Shown here: positions 17,628 to 24,429 of the stretch, one piece after another
Position numbering within the stretch: position 1 is the stretch's first letter
How the letters are laid out: every line of letters starts with the position of its first letter
Virus record (IMG/VR): IMGVR_UViG_3300048849_000021
Span: 1-24,429 of that record
Direction: 5' to 3' (one strand)
Source: a virus
Lineage: Duplodnaviria > Caudoviricetes
Length of the DNA: 24,429 nucleotides
Notes under the pieces: generated by a model
Databases searched by the model: none
What the model saw: the letters and a program-made list of their open reading frames with translations, nothing else
What the model was told of the DNA's origin: nothing
Program-made: the position numbers and the translations under genes

Positions 17628-17894
17628 TCAGCCTCCGTTGACGTAGCTTTTGGTTGAATCGGCGATGATGGTGGCGCCGCACGCGGTCATCGACCCGTGG
17701 TGCGCGCAGAACCGTCCCTCAAAAATAGACGTCGGGGATCCAGTGATGATCGGGTTCGGCCCGTGGATGGGGCACGCGTAGATGTCGCCGACGCCTGCAG
17801 CCTTGGGCCCTTCGCACCACACCGCCTGATAGAACGTGGCGATCGACCCGCCATGGCTGCCGGGATCGCCGATGCGCGCTATCAATGCGGCCAT
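17628..17894 (-). CDS. PAAR-domain spike tip protein
   Basis: IARIGDPGSHGG...AAGVGDIYACPIHGPNPIITGS...CAHHGSMTACGA; directly after gpV. Confidence 0.88.
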   Translation of the reverse strand: MAALIARIGDPGSHGGSIATFYQAVWCEGPKAAGVGDIYACPIHGPNPIITGSPTSIFEGRFCAHHGSMTACGATIIADSTKSYVNGG

Positions 17895-17900
17895 GTTGCC

Positions 17901-18395
17901 TCAGCAGTTGATGTAGACCTTGCCGTCCTGGATCCGCACGACGCCGTCGCCGTGGGCCATCCGGCTTTCGTCGCCATTGATCGAAACGATGCCGTCGGCG
18001 CGTTTTAGCTCGACCTGATCGGGGCGCACCGCGACCCATCCCTCACCCCGCTCAAGGCGGGTTTCCTCGGCGGCCTGCGACGAGGACTTGTGCGTGTCGG
18101 AAAACGTCCCGACACTGACCTGCGCCTGTCGAAGGTCACCGTTCGGGCAGTCCACCCAGACCGTCTGTCCGACCGTCAGCGTAGTGCGACTGTTCTGCGC
18201 GCCGGCGGCTTCCTGGACGTGGCACCAGGGCGTCATGCCACCCGTGCCGGAGGCTGTCGTGAGCCGGGCCCGTGCCATGTGCTTCACTGGGTCATATTCC
18301 GCCACGACAGCGGGCCGCCGCATCCGGGATAGCCTCCAGGCCTGCCGCTCCAGCTCGGCTGCCAGGCGAGCTGCAATTCGATCAAGGGACGGCAT
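17901..18395 (-). CDS. Baseplate spike protein (P2 gpV-like)
   Basis: Start moved to ATG 18395; TPWCHVQEAAG...TVGQTVWVDCPNGDLRQA OB-fold signature, then beta-repeat C-terminus. Confidence 0.85.
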   Translation of the reverse strand: MPSLDRIAARLAAELERQAWRLSRMRRPAVVAEYDPVKHMARARLTTASGTGGMTPWCHVQEAAGAQNSRTTLTVGQTVWVDCPNGDLRQAQVSVGTFSDTHKSSSQAAEETRLERGEGWVAVRPDQVELKRADGIVSINGDESRMAHGDGVVRIQDGKVYINC

Positions 18396-18966
18396 CGACG
18401 AAGACTTCCTCGCTCGGATTGGCCGGGTCGAACACTTCGCCCTCACCATCAAGCCCTGTCACTGTCGGGAAGTCGGTGGGGATCAGGACGTTGAGATCGT
18501 CGGCAAACGTCGACGTGCCGATGGTGAGCTTGACCGCGAACGACAGGCCGAAGATCGCGATAGCGGTCTTCCCCGCCTCGGTATCGAACAGGTTCTCCAT
18601 GTCCCCAAGGATGACGCCTTCGGCGAAGGGCACGTCGATGTCATTCGTGTCGCCGTTGTCCGCGTTCGACAGCGCGATCGCGATAGCCTCCAGCGTGTTG
18701 ACCGCTTCGAAGTGCCGATCCCCGCCCACGGCCGCCACATAGACGCCATAGGTGGCGAGGAGCACGCTATTGCCGCCGGCGAGGCGTTCCGGGTTGCCCG
18801 CGCCGATGAACGCCATGTGCGGGGCGCCACGGGCGGATATCACCCGCTTGGCCATCTCGGCGTCGAACATGCCTGGCACGTGCTGAACTGTCGGCAGGCG
18901 CGAGATCGTGCGCTGAAGGTAGGCTGCGACGGCCTTCTGTGTCTGAACGATGAGACCGTCTGCCAT
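18382..18966 (-). CDS. Tail terminator / neck protein (Mu gp37-like)
   Basis: Start moved to ATG 18966 (TGATG coupling); VQHVPGMFDAE...APHMAF...MENLF...AIFGLSF; position after gpG-like gene. Confidence 0.65.
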   Translation of the reverse strand: MADGLIVQTQKAVAAYLQRTISRLPTVQHVPGMFDAEMAKRVISARGAPHMAFIGAGNPERLAGGNSVLLATYGVYVAAVGGDRHFEAVNTLEAIAIALSNADNGDTNDIDVPFAEGVILGDMENLFDTEAGKTAIAIFGLSFAVKLTIGTSTFADDLNVLIPTDFPTVTGLDGEGEVFDPANPSEEVFVDAVP

Positions 18967-19388
18967 CAGGTCAACGCCCCCGCCCATGCCTCGACGGCCG
19001 CTTTGATTTCGGCCATGTCCTTCGCTCCGACGCCGAGGAACGGCCGAGCGACCATCCTGCTCGTGCCGCGCTGGTGGAATGGGCCGTAGAAGACGTTTGT
19101 CCCGATGATTGCCTGACGCGCTGACGAGGTGTGGGAGATCGAGCCCATGAGGCGGCCGGTGTCTGTCAGGATGCTGCTGGACTTCTTCCGACGTCTGGCA
19201 ATCGTTGACGGCTTGAGCGCTGCCCACGCCGCACCGTCCGGCGAGGTCTTGGTTGCGAACCTGCGCTTGGTCTGGCCCTCGACAAGAATGCCGAGCGTCT
19301 CCATCAGGCTCGCCGTCCCGCGCATAGCGAAGGCGCGCATGGCCAGCGCCGCGGCGGCAGCTTCGACATCAACGTTGAAAACGGCCAT
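18966..19388 (-). CDS. Virion morphogenesis protein (Mu gpG / P2 gpS-like)
   Basis: TKRRF...SPDGAAWAALKPST...ILTDTGRLMGSI...GTNVFYGPFHQRG...MVARPFLGV. Confidence 0.9.
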   Translation of the reverse strand: MAVFNVDVEAAAAALAMRAFAMRGTASLMETLGILVEGQTKRRFATKTSPDGAAWAALKPSTIARRRKKSSSILTDTGRLMGSISHTSSARQAIIGTNVFYGPFHQRGTSRMVARPFLGVGAKDMAEIKAAVEAWAGALT

Positions 19389-19801
19389 CAGCGTGAATTC
19401 ATGCCGAAGGAGGCAACCGGGACCTTCCAGTCGTCGTCGCCCTGTGTCGCGCCGTTATCGAGCGCGGGAATGCCGAGGTTCGCCTTGCCCCCGGCGATGT
19501 CCTTCATCCGCTGGATCATGTCCTCATACCGCTTGCGCAGATCCTCGGACAGGTTCAGCCCGTTGTTGGCCAGGCGGTAAGTCGCGATCTCGACGGCTGC
19601 GATCTTGACGATGGCAGGCGTCGTGGGGAGCGGCGTCGAGTAGCGCATGCTGAGGTAGGTATCGATCTCGGCCGAGGCGCCGGCCAACGCCGCTTCAACG
19701 GCCGAGGTGTCGATCTCCCCGTCGTCGTCGCGATCAGCGAGTGCGTTGAGCGTGCGCTGGCCGTGCAAGGCGACGATGTCGGCCGGTGTGGCATAGGCCA
19801 T
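19388..19801 (-). CDS. Head-tail adaptor (Mu gp36 / DUF1320-like)
   Basis: Start moved to ATG 19801; MAYATPADIV...ASAEIDTYLSMRYSTPL...IATYRL...RKRYEDMIQRMKDIAGGKANLG. Confidence 0.9.
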   Translation of the reverse strand: MAYATPADIVALHGQRTLNALADRDDDGEIDTSAVEAALAGASAEIDTYLSMRYSTPLPTTPAIVKIAAVEIATYRLANNGLNLSEDLRKRYEDMIQRMKDIAGGKANLGIPALDNGATQGDDDWKVPVASFGMNSR

Positions 19802-19803
19802 GG

Positions 19804-20250
19804 TCAGTCCTCGGTGTGGCGAAGGATAACGACCGGCAGACCGGACCAGACATCGCATTTGCAGGCGATCGCGACCGCCTCTTCCGCAGAAGCGCCGTGG
19901 TGCATGGCGCCTTGAGCCAAGCCCTCGCCGCTGCCGATCGCGAAGAAGTCCGCGGTGATAGGCCCCGTCAGGTTGAAGCTGTCGTGGGCATAGAGTGCTT
20001 TGCCGTCAGGCTGGACTACGAGCAACGCGAACTTCGGTTCCGGGCAGCGCGGCGTAGCATCGACATCCGCGCCTGCCTCGACCCATGTCAGGAGGGCCTC
20101 TGAAAGGCCCACCTGGTTCGTGGAGCACCCGACCAACGTACCGTCGGAGCAACGGCGGATTTTCATCTTCGTGCCGAGAGCCGTGTTGAACCCGGCATAG
20201 GCCCGACTGTCAGCCGCCATCACGCCGTCGCGGTAGGCGATCGTGGTCAT
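19804..20250 (-). CDS. Proteasome-beta/HslV-like N-terminal nucleophile hydrolase
   Basis: 148 aa; M-TTIAY...MAADSR...KMKI...FAIGSG...AM..GASAEEAV.IACKCDVWSG, matching the Thr1/Asp17/Lys33/GSG/Dxx(S/T)G pattern. Confidence 0.75.
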   Translation of the reverse strand: MTTIAYRDGVMAADSRAYAGFNTALGTKMKIRRCSDGTLVGCSTNQVGLSEALLTWVEAGADVDATPRCPEPKFALLVVQPDGKALYAHDSFNLTGPITADFFAIGSGEGLAQGAMHHGASAEEAVAIACKCDVWSGLPVVILRHTED

Positions 20251-20756
20251 CCCCGGCGCGCGATCTCTGCCACGATAATGGGGTTCGCGTCCTCGACCTT
20301 AAGGTCGCTCTTGCCGCTGATCTTCTCGGCCATCGAGACACGAGTGCGCCAGTGAGCGGCTTCCCAGTCGGCCGGAATCTCGACCTGGGACGTAGTGCCG
20401 GCTTCATCGGCGGTCTTCGCCTGCTCACCGGTATCGACGTTGGTGTTGCTTGCCTCGACGCCCGTGCCGCCCGCGGTGAGCACGTCGACGTTCGGGGCGA
20501 AGTTGCCGACGCTGTCGGAAAGGCCGCGGGAGACGCCCGACAGATCGCGTGGAAGGCCTTCGCGCTCGCCGCGAAGCTTCTCGTAATGATCGGACGATTC
20601 CTTGGCATCCTTGGCCGCATCATCGGCAGCGCTTGCATAAGCGTCGCCTTTTCCCGCCTTGCGTCGCATCACGCTGGCGCGGGATTCGTCGGCGCGCTGC
20701 AGTGCCTCAGCCTCGACGAGGTCGGTAGGCAGGTCGCGCTTTGTCTTCTCGGTCAT
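20247..20756 (-). CDS. Hypothetical capsid-associated protein (acidic/charged, C-terminal small helical domain)
   Basis: 169 aa after MCP with GGAG SD; C-terminus IPADWEAAHWRTRVSMAEKISG...IIVAEIARRG resembles HeH/LEM-like modules; ATGA-coupled to the next gene. Confidence 0.65.
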   Translation of the reverse strand: MTEKTKRDLPTDLVEAEALQRADESRASVMRRKAGKGDAYASAADDAAKDAKESSDHYEKLRGEREGLPRDLSGVSRGLSDSVGNFAPNVDVLTAGGTGVEASNTNVDTGEQAKTADEAGTTSQVEIPADWEAAHWRTRVSMAEKISGKSDLKVEDANPIIVAEIARRG

Positions 20757-20774
20757 CTGACCACTCCATTTTGG

Positions 20775-20805
20775 AAAAGGGGGGAACGGGGCCGGAAGCC
20801 CCGCC
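20775..20805 (-). terminator. Hairpin after major capsid gene (weak terminator or mRNA stabiliser)
   Basis: Minus strand GGCGGGGC-TTCCG-GCCCCGTT, then C6 and T4. Confidence 0.4.
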
Positions 20806-20808
20806 AGA

Positions 20809-21813
20809 TCAGCCGTTCGTCGTCACCGCGACCATGCGGATGAGCTTCGGATCGTACTTGCGGGTCCAGTTGCCGCCGGTGCCGAGTTCGCTGTCCGTGA
20901 CACCGGAAGCCGCAGCAGGCGAGCCCGTGAACGCGACGCCGCGCGGGTGCATGACCCAGTGGCGGCGGTGCCAGACAGTCTCGACGCCCTCACCGTTGCC
21001 GGCTTCTGCGACCGAGGAGAGTTCAATCGGCTTCTTCGGACCGCCTGCGCCCGTCGCTTCGGAGTAGGCGATGGCGCCGTTCCCGAAGAGGTAGGAGGTG
21101 TACTTGAAGCCCGAGGTGCTGCCGGCGACGCGCGGGCACTGGTCGGAGACGTAGACGATCTTGCCGTCCCAGGTGTCGAACTCCAGGCCCGTGACAGGGT
21201 CCTTGAACTTGTCGATCGCCCGTGCCGCCCGCAGGTTGTTCTTGACGCGGGAGTGCATCATGACCGCGGACAGGGTCTCGCCGTACTCGCCGAGCAGCGA
21301 ATACGCGTCAGCGGCGACCTCTGCATCCAGGAGAACCGGGGTGGTCGCGCCTGCCTCGCTGGCGACGTCGAGCCGGTTGCCTGCCATGCCGCTGGAGGCG
21401 AACAGGCCGGTCATGATCTGGCCCATGATCCGCTGCTCTTCGCGGACCCAGTAGTCGCCGATCAGGTTCGCGATGGAGTCGAGAGGATCCGCAGCGAGCA
21501 GAGACGCAACGAGGTTGGCAGACTGCCAGCCGTTGTTGCGGCGGATCTTGCGAGCCATGTCCTGGCCCTGTGTCAGCTTGTTCGGCACGGCCGACTGCGC
21601 AGGATCGTCGGTCGACACGTTCGAGTTGCCGGTGAGATCGTTCCAGAACGGCAGCTCGACGAGATCGCCGGGGCCATTCGCAAACTCGGCGATCTGGGCG
21701 TCGGCCGTGACGATCGGAGAGTTACGGATGGCAGAACGCTGGGCAATGCGCGTCTGGATGGCAGGAAGAAGCAGCGGACCGTAGATGACGTCCGTGAGGC
21801 GAGTGGTGGCCAT
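20809..21813 (-). CDS. Major capsid protein
   Basis: 334 aa, AAGGAG SD; MATTRLTDVI...GDLVELPFWNDL...DPLDSIANLIGDYW...VMMHS...RRHWVMHPRG...NWTRKYDPKLIRMV coat-protein pattern. Confidence 0.9.
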   Translation of the reverse strand: MATTRLTDVIYGPLLLPAIQTRIAQRSAIRNSPIVTADAQIAEFANGPGDLVELPFWNDLTGNSNVSTDDPAQSAVPNKLTQGQDMARKIRRNNGWQSANLVASLLAADPLDSIANLIGDYWVREEQRIMGQIMTGLFASSGMAGNRLDVASEAGATTPVLLDAEVAADAYSLLGEYGETLSAVMMHSRVKNNLRAARAIDKFKDPVTGLEFDTWDGKIVYVSDQCPRVAGSTSGFKYTSYLFGNGAIAYSEATGAGGPKKPIELSSVAEAGNGEGVETVWHRRHWVMHPRGVAFTGSPAAASGVTDSELGTGGNWTRKYDPKLIRMVAVTTNG

Positions 21814-21865
21814 TCAATTCTCCTTGGATGGCGGGGTTAGGTTCACCTCAGCGGACGCTTTGGTT

Positions 21866-22663
21866 TCACCAATTGACGGGGAAGCCGGCCTGCGCAGCGA
21901 GCGCGCGGGCACGTTCCGGGTTGGTCTTGATCAGCTCGTTGGCCTCGGTGAGGTTCTGGCTGTCCTTGTGGAAGGGGTTCTTTCCGCCGACGCCACGGTG
22001 CGGATTGGGGGCGGATCCTCCGCCCTTGGCGCCCGAGGGCTTGAAGGCGAATCCATAGGCCTCGTCGGCCTTCAGCTTCTCGGCGTAGGCCTTGGGCTGG
22101 ATGGGGTCGCCAGCACCGTTGGTGACTTCCTCGCCGTTCTCGTCGATGAACACGACCGAGCGGGTGCCGTCGTCGTTCCGCTTGATCTTGGACCGCTCCC
22201 GGAGGATCGGCCCGAGAGCGTGAGGAATGCCGTCGGCCTGGGCGATGATGTCGGCATGGACGCGAGCAACGAAGTCCGCATCGCCACGCTTGCGCTCGTT
22301 GTCGAGCTCGGTCTGTAGCGAGCTGATTTGCGTGCCGAAGGTCTTTTCCAGGTCCGTCTTCACCCGAGCGACGCGGTCCTCTGCGCCGGACGCCTTGTTG
22401 GCTTCGGCTTCGAGTTCGGCGATCTGGGTGGAGATGGCCTCCGGCGTCTCGCCCATGGCACGGAAGGCAGCAAGAGCACGCTCTGCAGCCGTCTTGGCAG
22501 CGCGTTCGGTGCGGAGTGCCTTGGCAGCCCCTGCCCCGTTGCCGAGCTTCTCGGCCAGCTTGGGCGCGAGGATGAACTTGCCCTCGCCGTCGTCGCTGTA
22601 GAGCGTGCGGAATTCGTCTGGCACGCTATCAAGCGTGTCGAGTTCTGGTTCGAAATCGAACAT
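21866..22663 (-). CDS. Capsid scaffolding protein
   Basis: 265 aa; LDSVPDEFRTLY N-terminus, coiled-coil middle, FKPSGAKGGGS...KNPF...NLTEANELIKTNPERARAL C-terminus; directly upstream of MCP. Confidence 0.8.
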   Translation of the reverse strand: MFDFEPELDTLDSVPDEFRTLYSDDGEGKFILAPKLAEKLGNGAGAAKALRTERAAKTAAERALAAFRAMGETPEAISTQIAELEAEANKASGAEDRVARVKTDLEKTFGTQISSLQTELDNERKRGDADFVARVHADIIAQADGIPHALGPILRERSKIKRNDDGTRSVVFIDENGEEVTNGAGDPIQPKAYAEKLKADEAYGFAFKPSGAKGGGSAPNPHRGVGGKNPFHKDSQNLTEANELIKTNPERARALAAQAGFPVNW

Positions 22664-22665
22664 TT

Positions 22666-22728
22666 GGCATCTCGCCTATGTGTGGGTTGGCAGCATCTCG
22701 CTGCCCGGAGTGGCCGGCATCTCACCGG
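22666..22728 (-). promoter_or_regulatory. Three tandem GAGAU-loop hairpins in scaffold gene 5' leader
   Basis: Minus strand CCGGT-GAGAT-GCCGG, GGCAGC-GAGAT-GCTGCC and GGC-GAGAT-GCC; on the plus strand GCATCTC begins at 22667, 22693 and 22717. Confidence 0.6.
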
Positions 22729-22729
22729 A

Positions 22730-22760
22730 CATGAAAAAGGCCCGCGTGGTGCGAGCCTTT
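22730..22760 (-). terminator. Intrinsic terminator-like hairpin upstream of scaffold
   Basis: Minus strand AAAGGCTCGC-ACCAC-GCGGGCCTTT followed by TTCATG. Confidence 0.6.
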
Positions 22761-22784
22761 GGCATTCTCTCCGACCGATCGTGG

Positions 22785-23045
22785 TCAGTCGTAACTCTTG
22801 ATCCGGTACCAGGCGCGCCGGCATCCGCCACAGCACCACCAGTCCTCGCCGCCGCGGAGCTTGCCGTTCACGTCCCTCGCGCCCAGACGAAGCCGCTGGA
22901 GCGATGTCTCGTTGCAGGCCGAGCAGACGAAGGGCTGTTCGCTTACGCGCTTTCCTGAGGCCCGGACGCGCTTCTCTGGCCGCCGGGACTCTTTCTGTCC
23001 GGCGCCGCCTTGGATCACTCTGAGCCGGGAGGGCTCTTCCGTCAC
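22785..23045 (-). CDS. Small basic Zn-ribbon protein
   Basis: 86 aa, GTG start overlapping the gp7 stop (GTGA); CSAC...WWCCGGC cysteine pairs, Arg-rich. Confidence 0.6.
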   Translation of the reverse strand: MTEEPSRLRVIQGGAGQKESRRPEKRVRASGKRVSEQPFVCSACNETSLQRLRLGARDVNGKLRGGEDWWCCGGCRRAWYRIKSYD

Positions 23046-24028
23046 AGTCCCGCTTTCTGGAACGCCGCTGCGTCCCGGGCCTTGAGTTGGTCCAGCGTCA
23101 GGGTGCGTCCGCCATCGACGAAGCCGTCAAGCTTGATGCCGCCCTGCTTCCATAGCTTATAGCGCGCCGCACCGAGGATGTCTTGCTGTGTCGCCGCGTC
23201 CTGCCGCTTCAGCCAGTCCTCATATCCAATGTCTTCAGCCGGCCCGACACCCGGCACCAGCGAGAAGACCGTTGACCGGCAGCCGGCGTGCGCCGGCGGC
23301 AGCGGACCGGACCCGTGCGAGAAGGCCTTGCCCGCGCGTGCCCGGCACACTGGCGTCGTGCGGTTGTCCAGCACCGAGACCCACTGGTACCGCTCGAACA
23401 GGCCTGGATTGGCCGCAGCGTTCCGCTCCACCGCGCGGGCATTGATGTGCGTCATCGACGTGCGGACCAGCGTCTCGGCACCACGCTCGGTCACTGTGGC
23501 CACCTGGCGAACCCGGCGCACCACCTGTGGCACGCTCTCACCCTCCAGGTAGCCCATCGTGATCTGACCTTGGACCCGCGACACGTCGCCGGTCTCAAGC
23601 TGTGCAGTCCACTGCCTCAGCGTCTTGCCCTGCAGCGGATGCGTGACGACGGCGGCTTCAAGCTGCTGCGCCGACACGCTGGCAAGGCTGACCTCTGTGC
23701 CGACCTGCAGCCGTGCCATGCCGGTGATGAAATCTGCCTCGGCGGCGACCGCCTCCTGTATCTCGCGATCGAATTCGGAGCGGATGACCCGATGTGCCTC
23801 GCCTTGCGTCGACCGGACTTGCTGGAGAAGCGACGACAGGCGGAACGAGCTCGCATCGCGCGCCGCGTTGTCGCCTGAGGACAGCCGCTCCCTGATCTGC
23901 GCCTCGATGTCCACTTGCATCCGCCGCAGCACGGACCGGATGCGCTTCACCACACCGACCGAGAACCGCTGCAGTCCGATCTGGTGCAGGATGGTCAGGT
24001 CGGCCGTCTTGTCTGCCGTCAGGGCCAT
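23042..24028 (-). CDS. Minor head protein (SPP1 gp7 / Mu gpF-like)
   Basis: AETLVRTSMTH...YQWVSVLDNRTTPVCRAR...PLPPAHAGCRST...YEDWLKRQ...ILG..RY.LW. Confidence 0.9.
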   Translation of the reverse strand: MALTADKTADLTILHQIGLQRFSVGVVKRIRSVLRRMQVDIEAQIRERLSSGDNAARDASSFRLSSLLQQVRSTQGEAHRVIRSEFDREIQEAVAAEADFITGMARLQVGTEVSLASVSAQQLEAAVVTHPLQGKTLRQWTAQLETGDVSRVQGQITMGYLEGESVPQVVRRVRQVATVTERGAETLVRTSMTHINARAVERNAAANPGLFERYQWVSVLDNRTTPVCRARAGKAFSHGSGPLPPAHAGCRSTVFSLVPGVGPAEDIGYEDWLKRQDAATQQDILGAARYKLWKQGGIKLDGFVDGGRTLTLDQLKARDAAAFQKAGL

Positions 24029-24429
24029 CAGGCGGCCTGCTGATCGTCATCGACCGTCTGGTCGATCTCATCCTCGCCCATGCCGAGATCGTCGCCGCCG
24101 GATGCCAGCGCGGACGCCTCCTTGATCTTGTCGAACTGGGGCCCGAGGATGCCGCGACGCTGCATCTCGTCCCACCAGGTGTCGAGCGTGATCCGGCCAA
24201 GCGTCAGCGCCTCGAGCAACAGCTTCTCGTCCGCATCGGCAAGGATCTCGGCGGAGAAGTCAGTGTGCACGTAGCACTCGGCCGTCTCCGGCAGCTTCGC
24301 CCAGCGCGCCATGAAGACGAGAGCGAGTTCCAGTGCGTCCTTGGTCCGCATCGCCCATGCTTGGACCGCAGAGTGCGTGCGAGCGACGGTGATGGCCGAG
24401 GTGGTCGCCGCCATGTTCTGCACCCCAAT
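24028..24429 (-). CDS. Portal protein C-terminus (DUF4055-like), truncated by window edge
   Basis: Frame open to the right edge; KDALELALVFMARW...HTDF...GRITLDTWWDEMQRRGIL; directly upstream of the gp7-like gene. Confidence 0.75.
   Translation of the reverse strand: MGVQNMAATTSAITVARTHSAVQAWAMRTKDALELALVFMARWAKLPETAECYVHTDFSAEILADADEKLLLEALTLGRITLDTWWDEMQRRGILGPQFDKIKEASALASGGDDLGMGEDEIDQTVDDDQQAA

Larger units (their letters stand above)
1..24429 (-). mobile_element. Phage/prophage late region (myovirus)
   Basis: Head, neck, baseplate, contractile tail and endolysin genes in one translationally coupled operon; no ends or integrase in the window. Confidence 0.95.

Noticed and set aside
843-18395. 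T6SS / eCIS / tailocin interpretation from PAAR, spike, sheath and tube
   Set aside because: Portal, scaffold, capsid and neck genes are contiguous in the same operon, indicating a full phage.
18382-19227. 281-aa long version of the gp37-like ORF and other 5'-extended ORF calls
   Set aside because: The extensions overlap upstream genes; stop-start coupling supports the shorter starts.
22666-22728. Mini CRISPR-like array
   Set aside because: The repeats are only about 7-10 nt with short spacers and are better explained as hairpin loops; there are no cas genes.
23042-24028. MuF polymorphic toxin
   Set aside because: The protein ends shortly after the MuF domain with no toxin extension.

Overview
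The window is a continuous, almost entirely minus-strand morphogenesis and lysis operon of a contractile-tailed (myovirus-type) phage or prophage with high GC. Reading from the right end, the head module is portal (truncated), SPP1-gp7/MuF-like protein, a small Zn-ribbon protein, scaffold and major capsid. A small accessory gene and a proteasome-beta/HslV-like Ntn-hydrolase follow. Next come Mu-like neck genes (gp36/gpG/gp37-like), then P2-like spike gpV, PAAR, baseplate W/J/I, a DUF4815-type large baseplate protein, tail fibre and DUF4376 chaperone. After a small accessory cluster (PLA2-like, tandem-repeat protein, opposite-strand HEPN-like gene) come sheath, tube, a tail chaperone with a -1 frameshift, an opposite-strand secreted moron, tape measure, gpU, gpX, gpD and a GH19 endolysin that runs off the left edge and is missing from the ORF track. 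The most unusual items are the proteasome-like hydrolase inside the head-neck operon, the PLA2-like/HEPN-like insert with a structured intergenic region, and three GAGAU-loop hairpins in the scaffold leader. All family calls come from motif recognition and gene order by eye; no database searches were run. An alphaproteobacterial host is only a guess.
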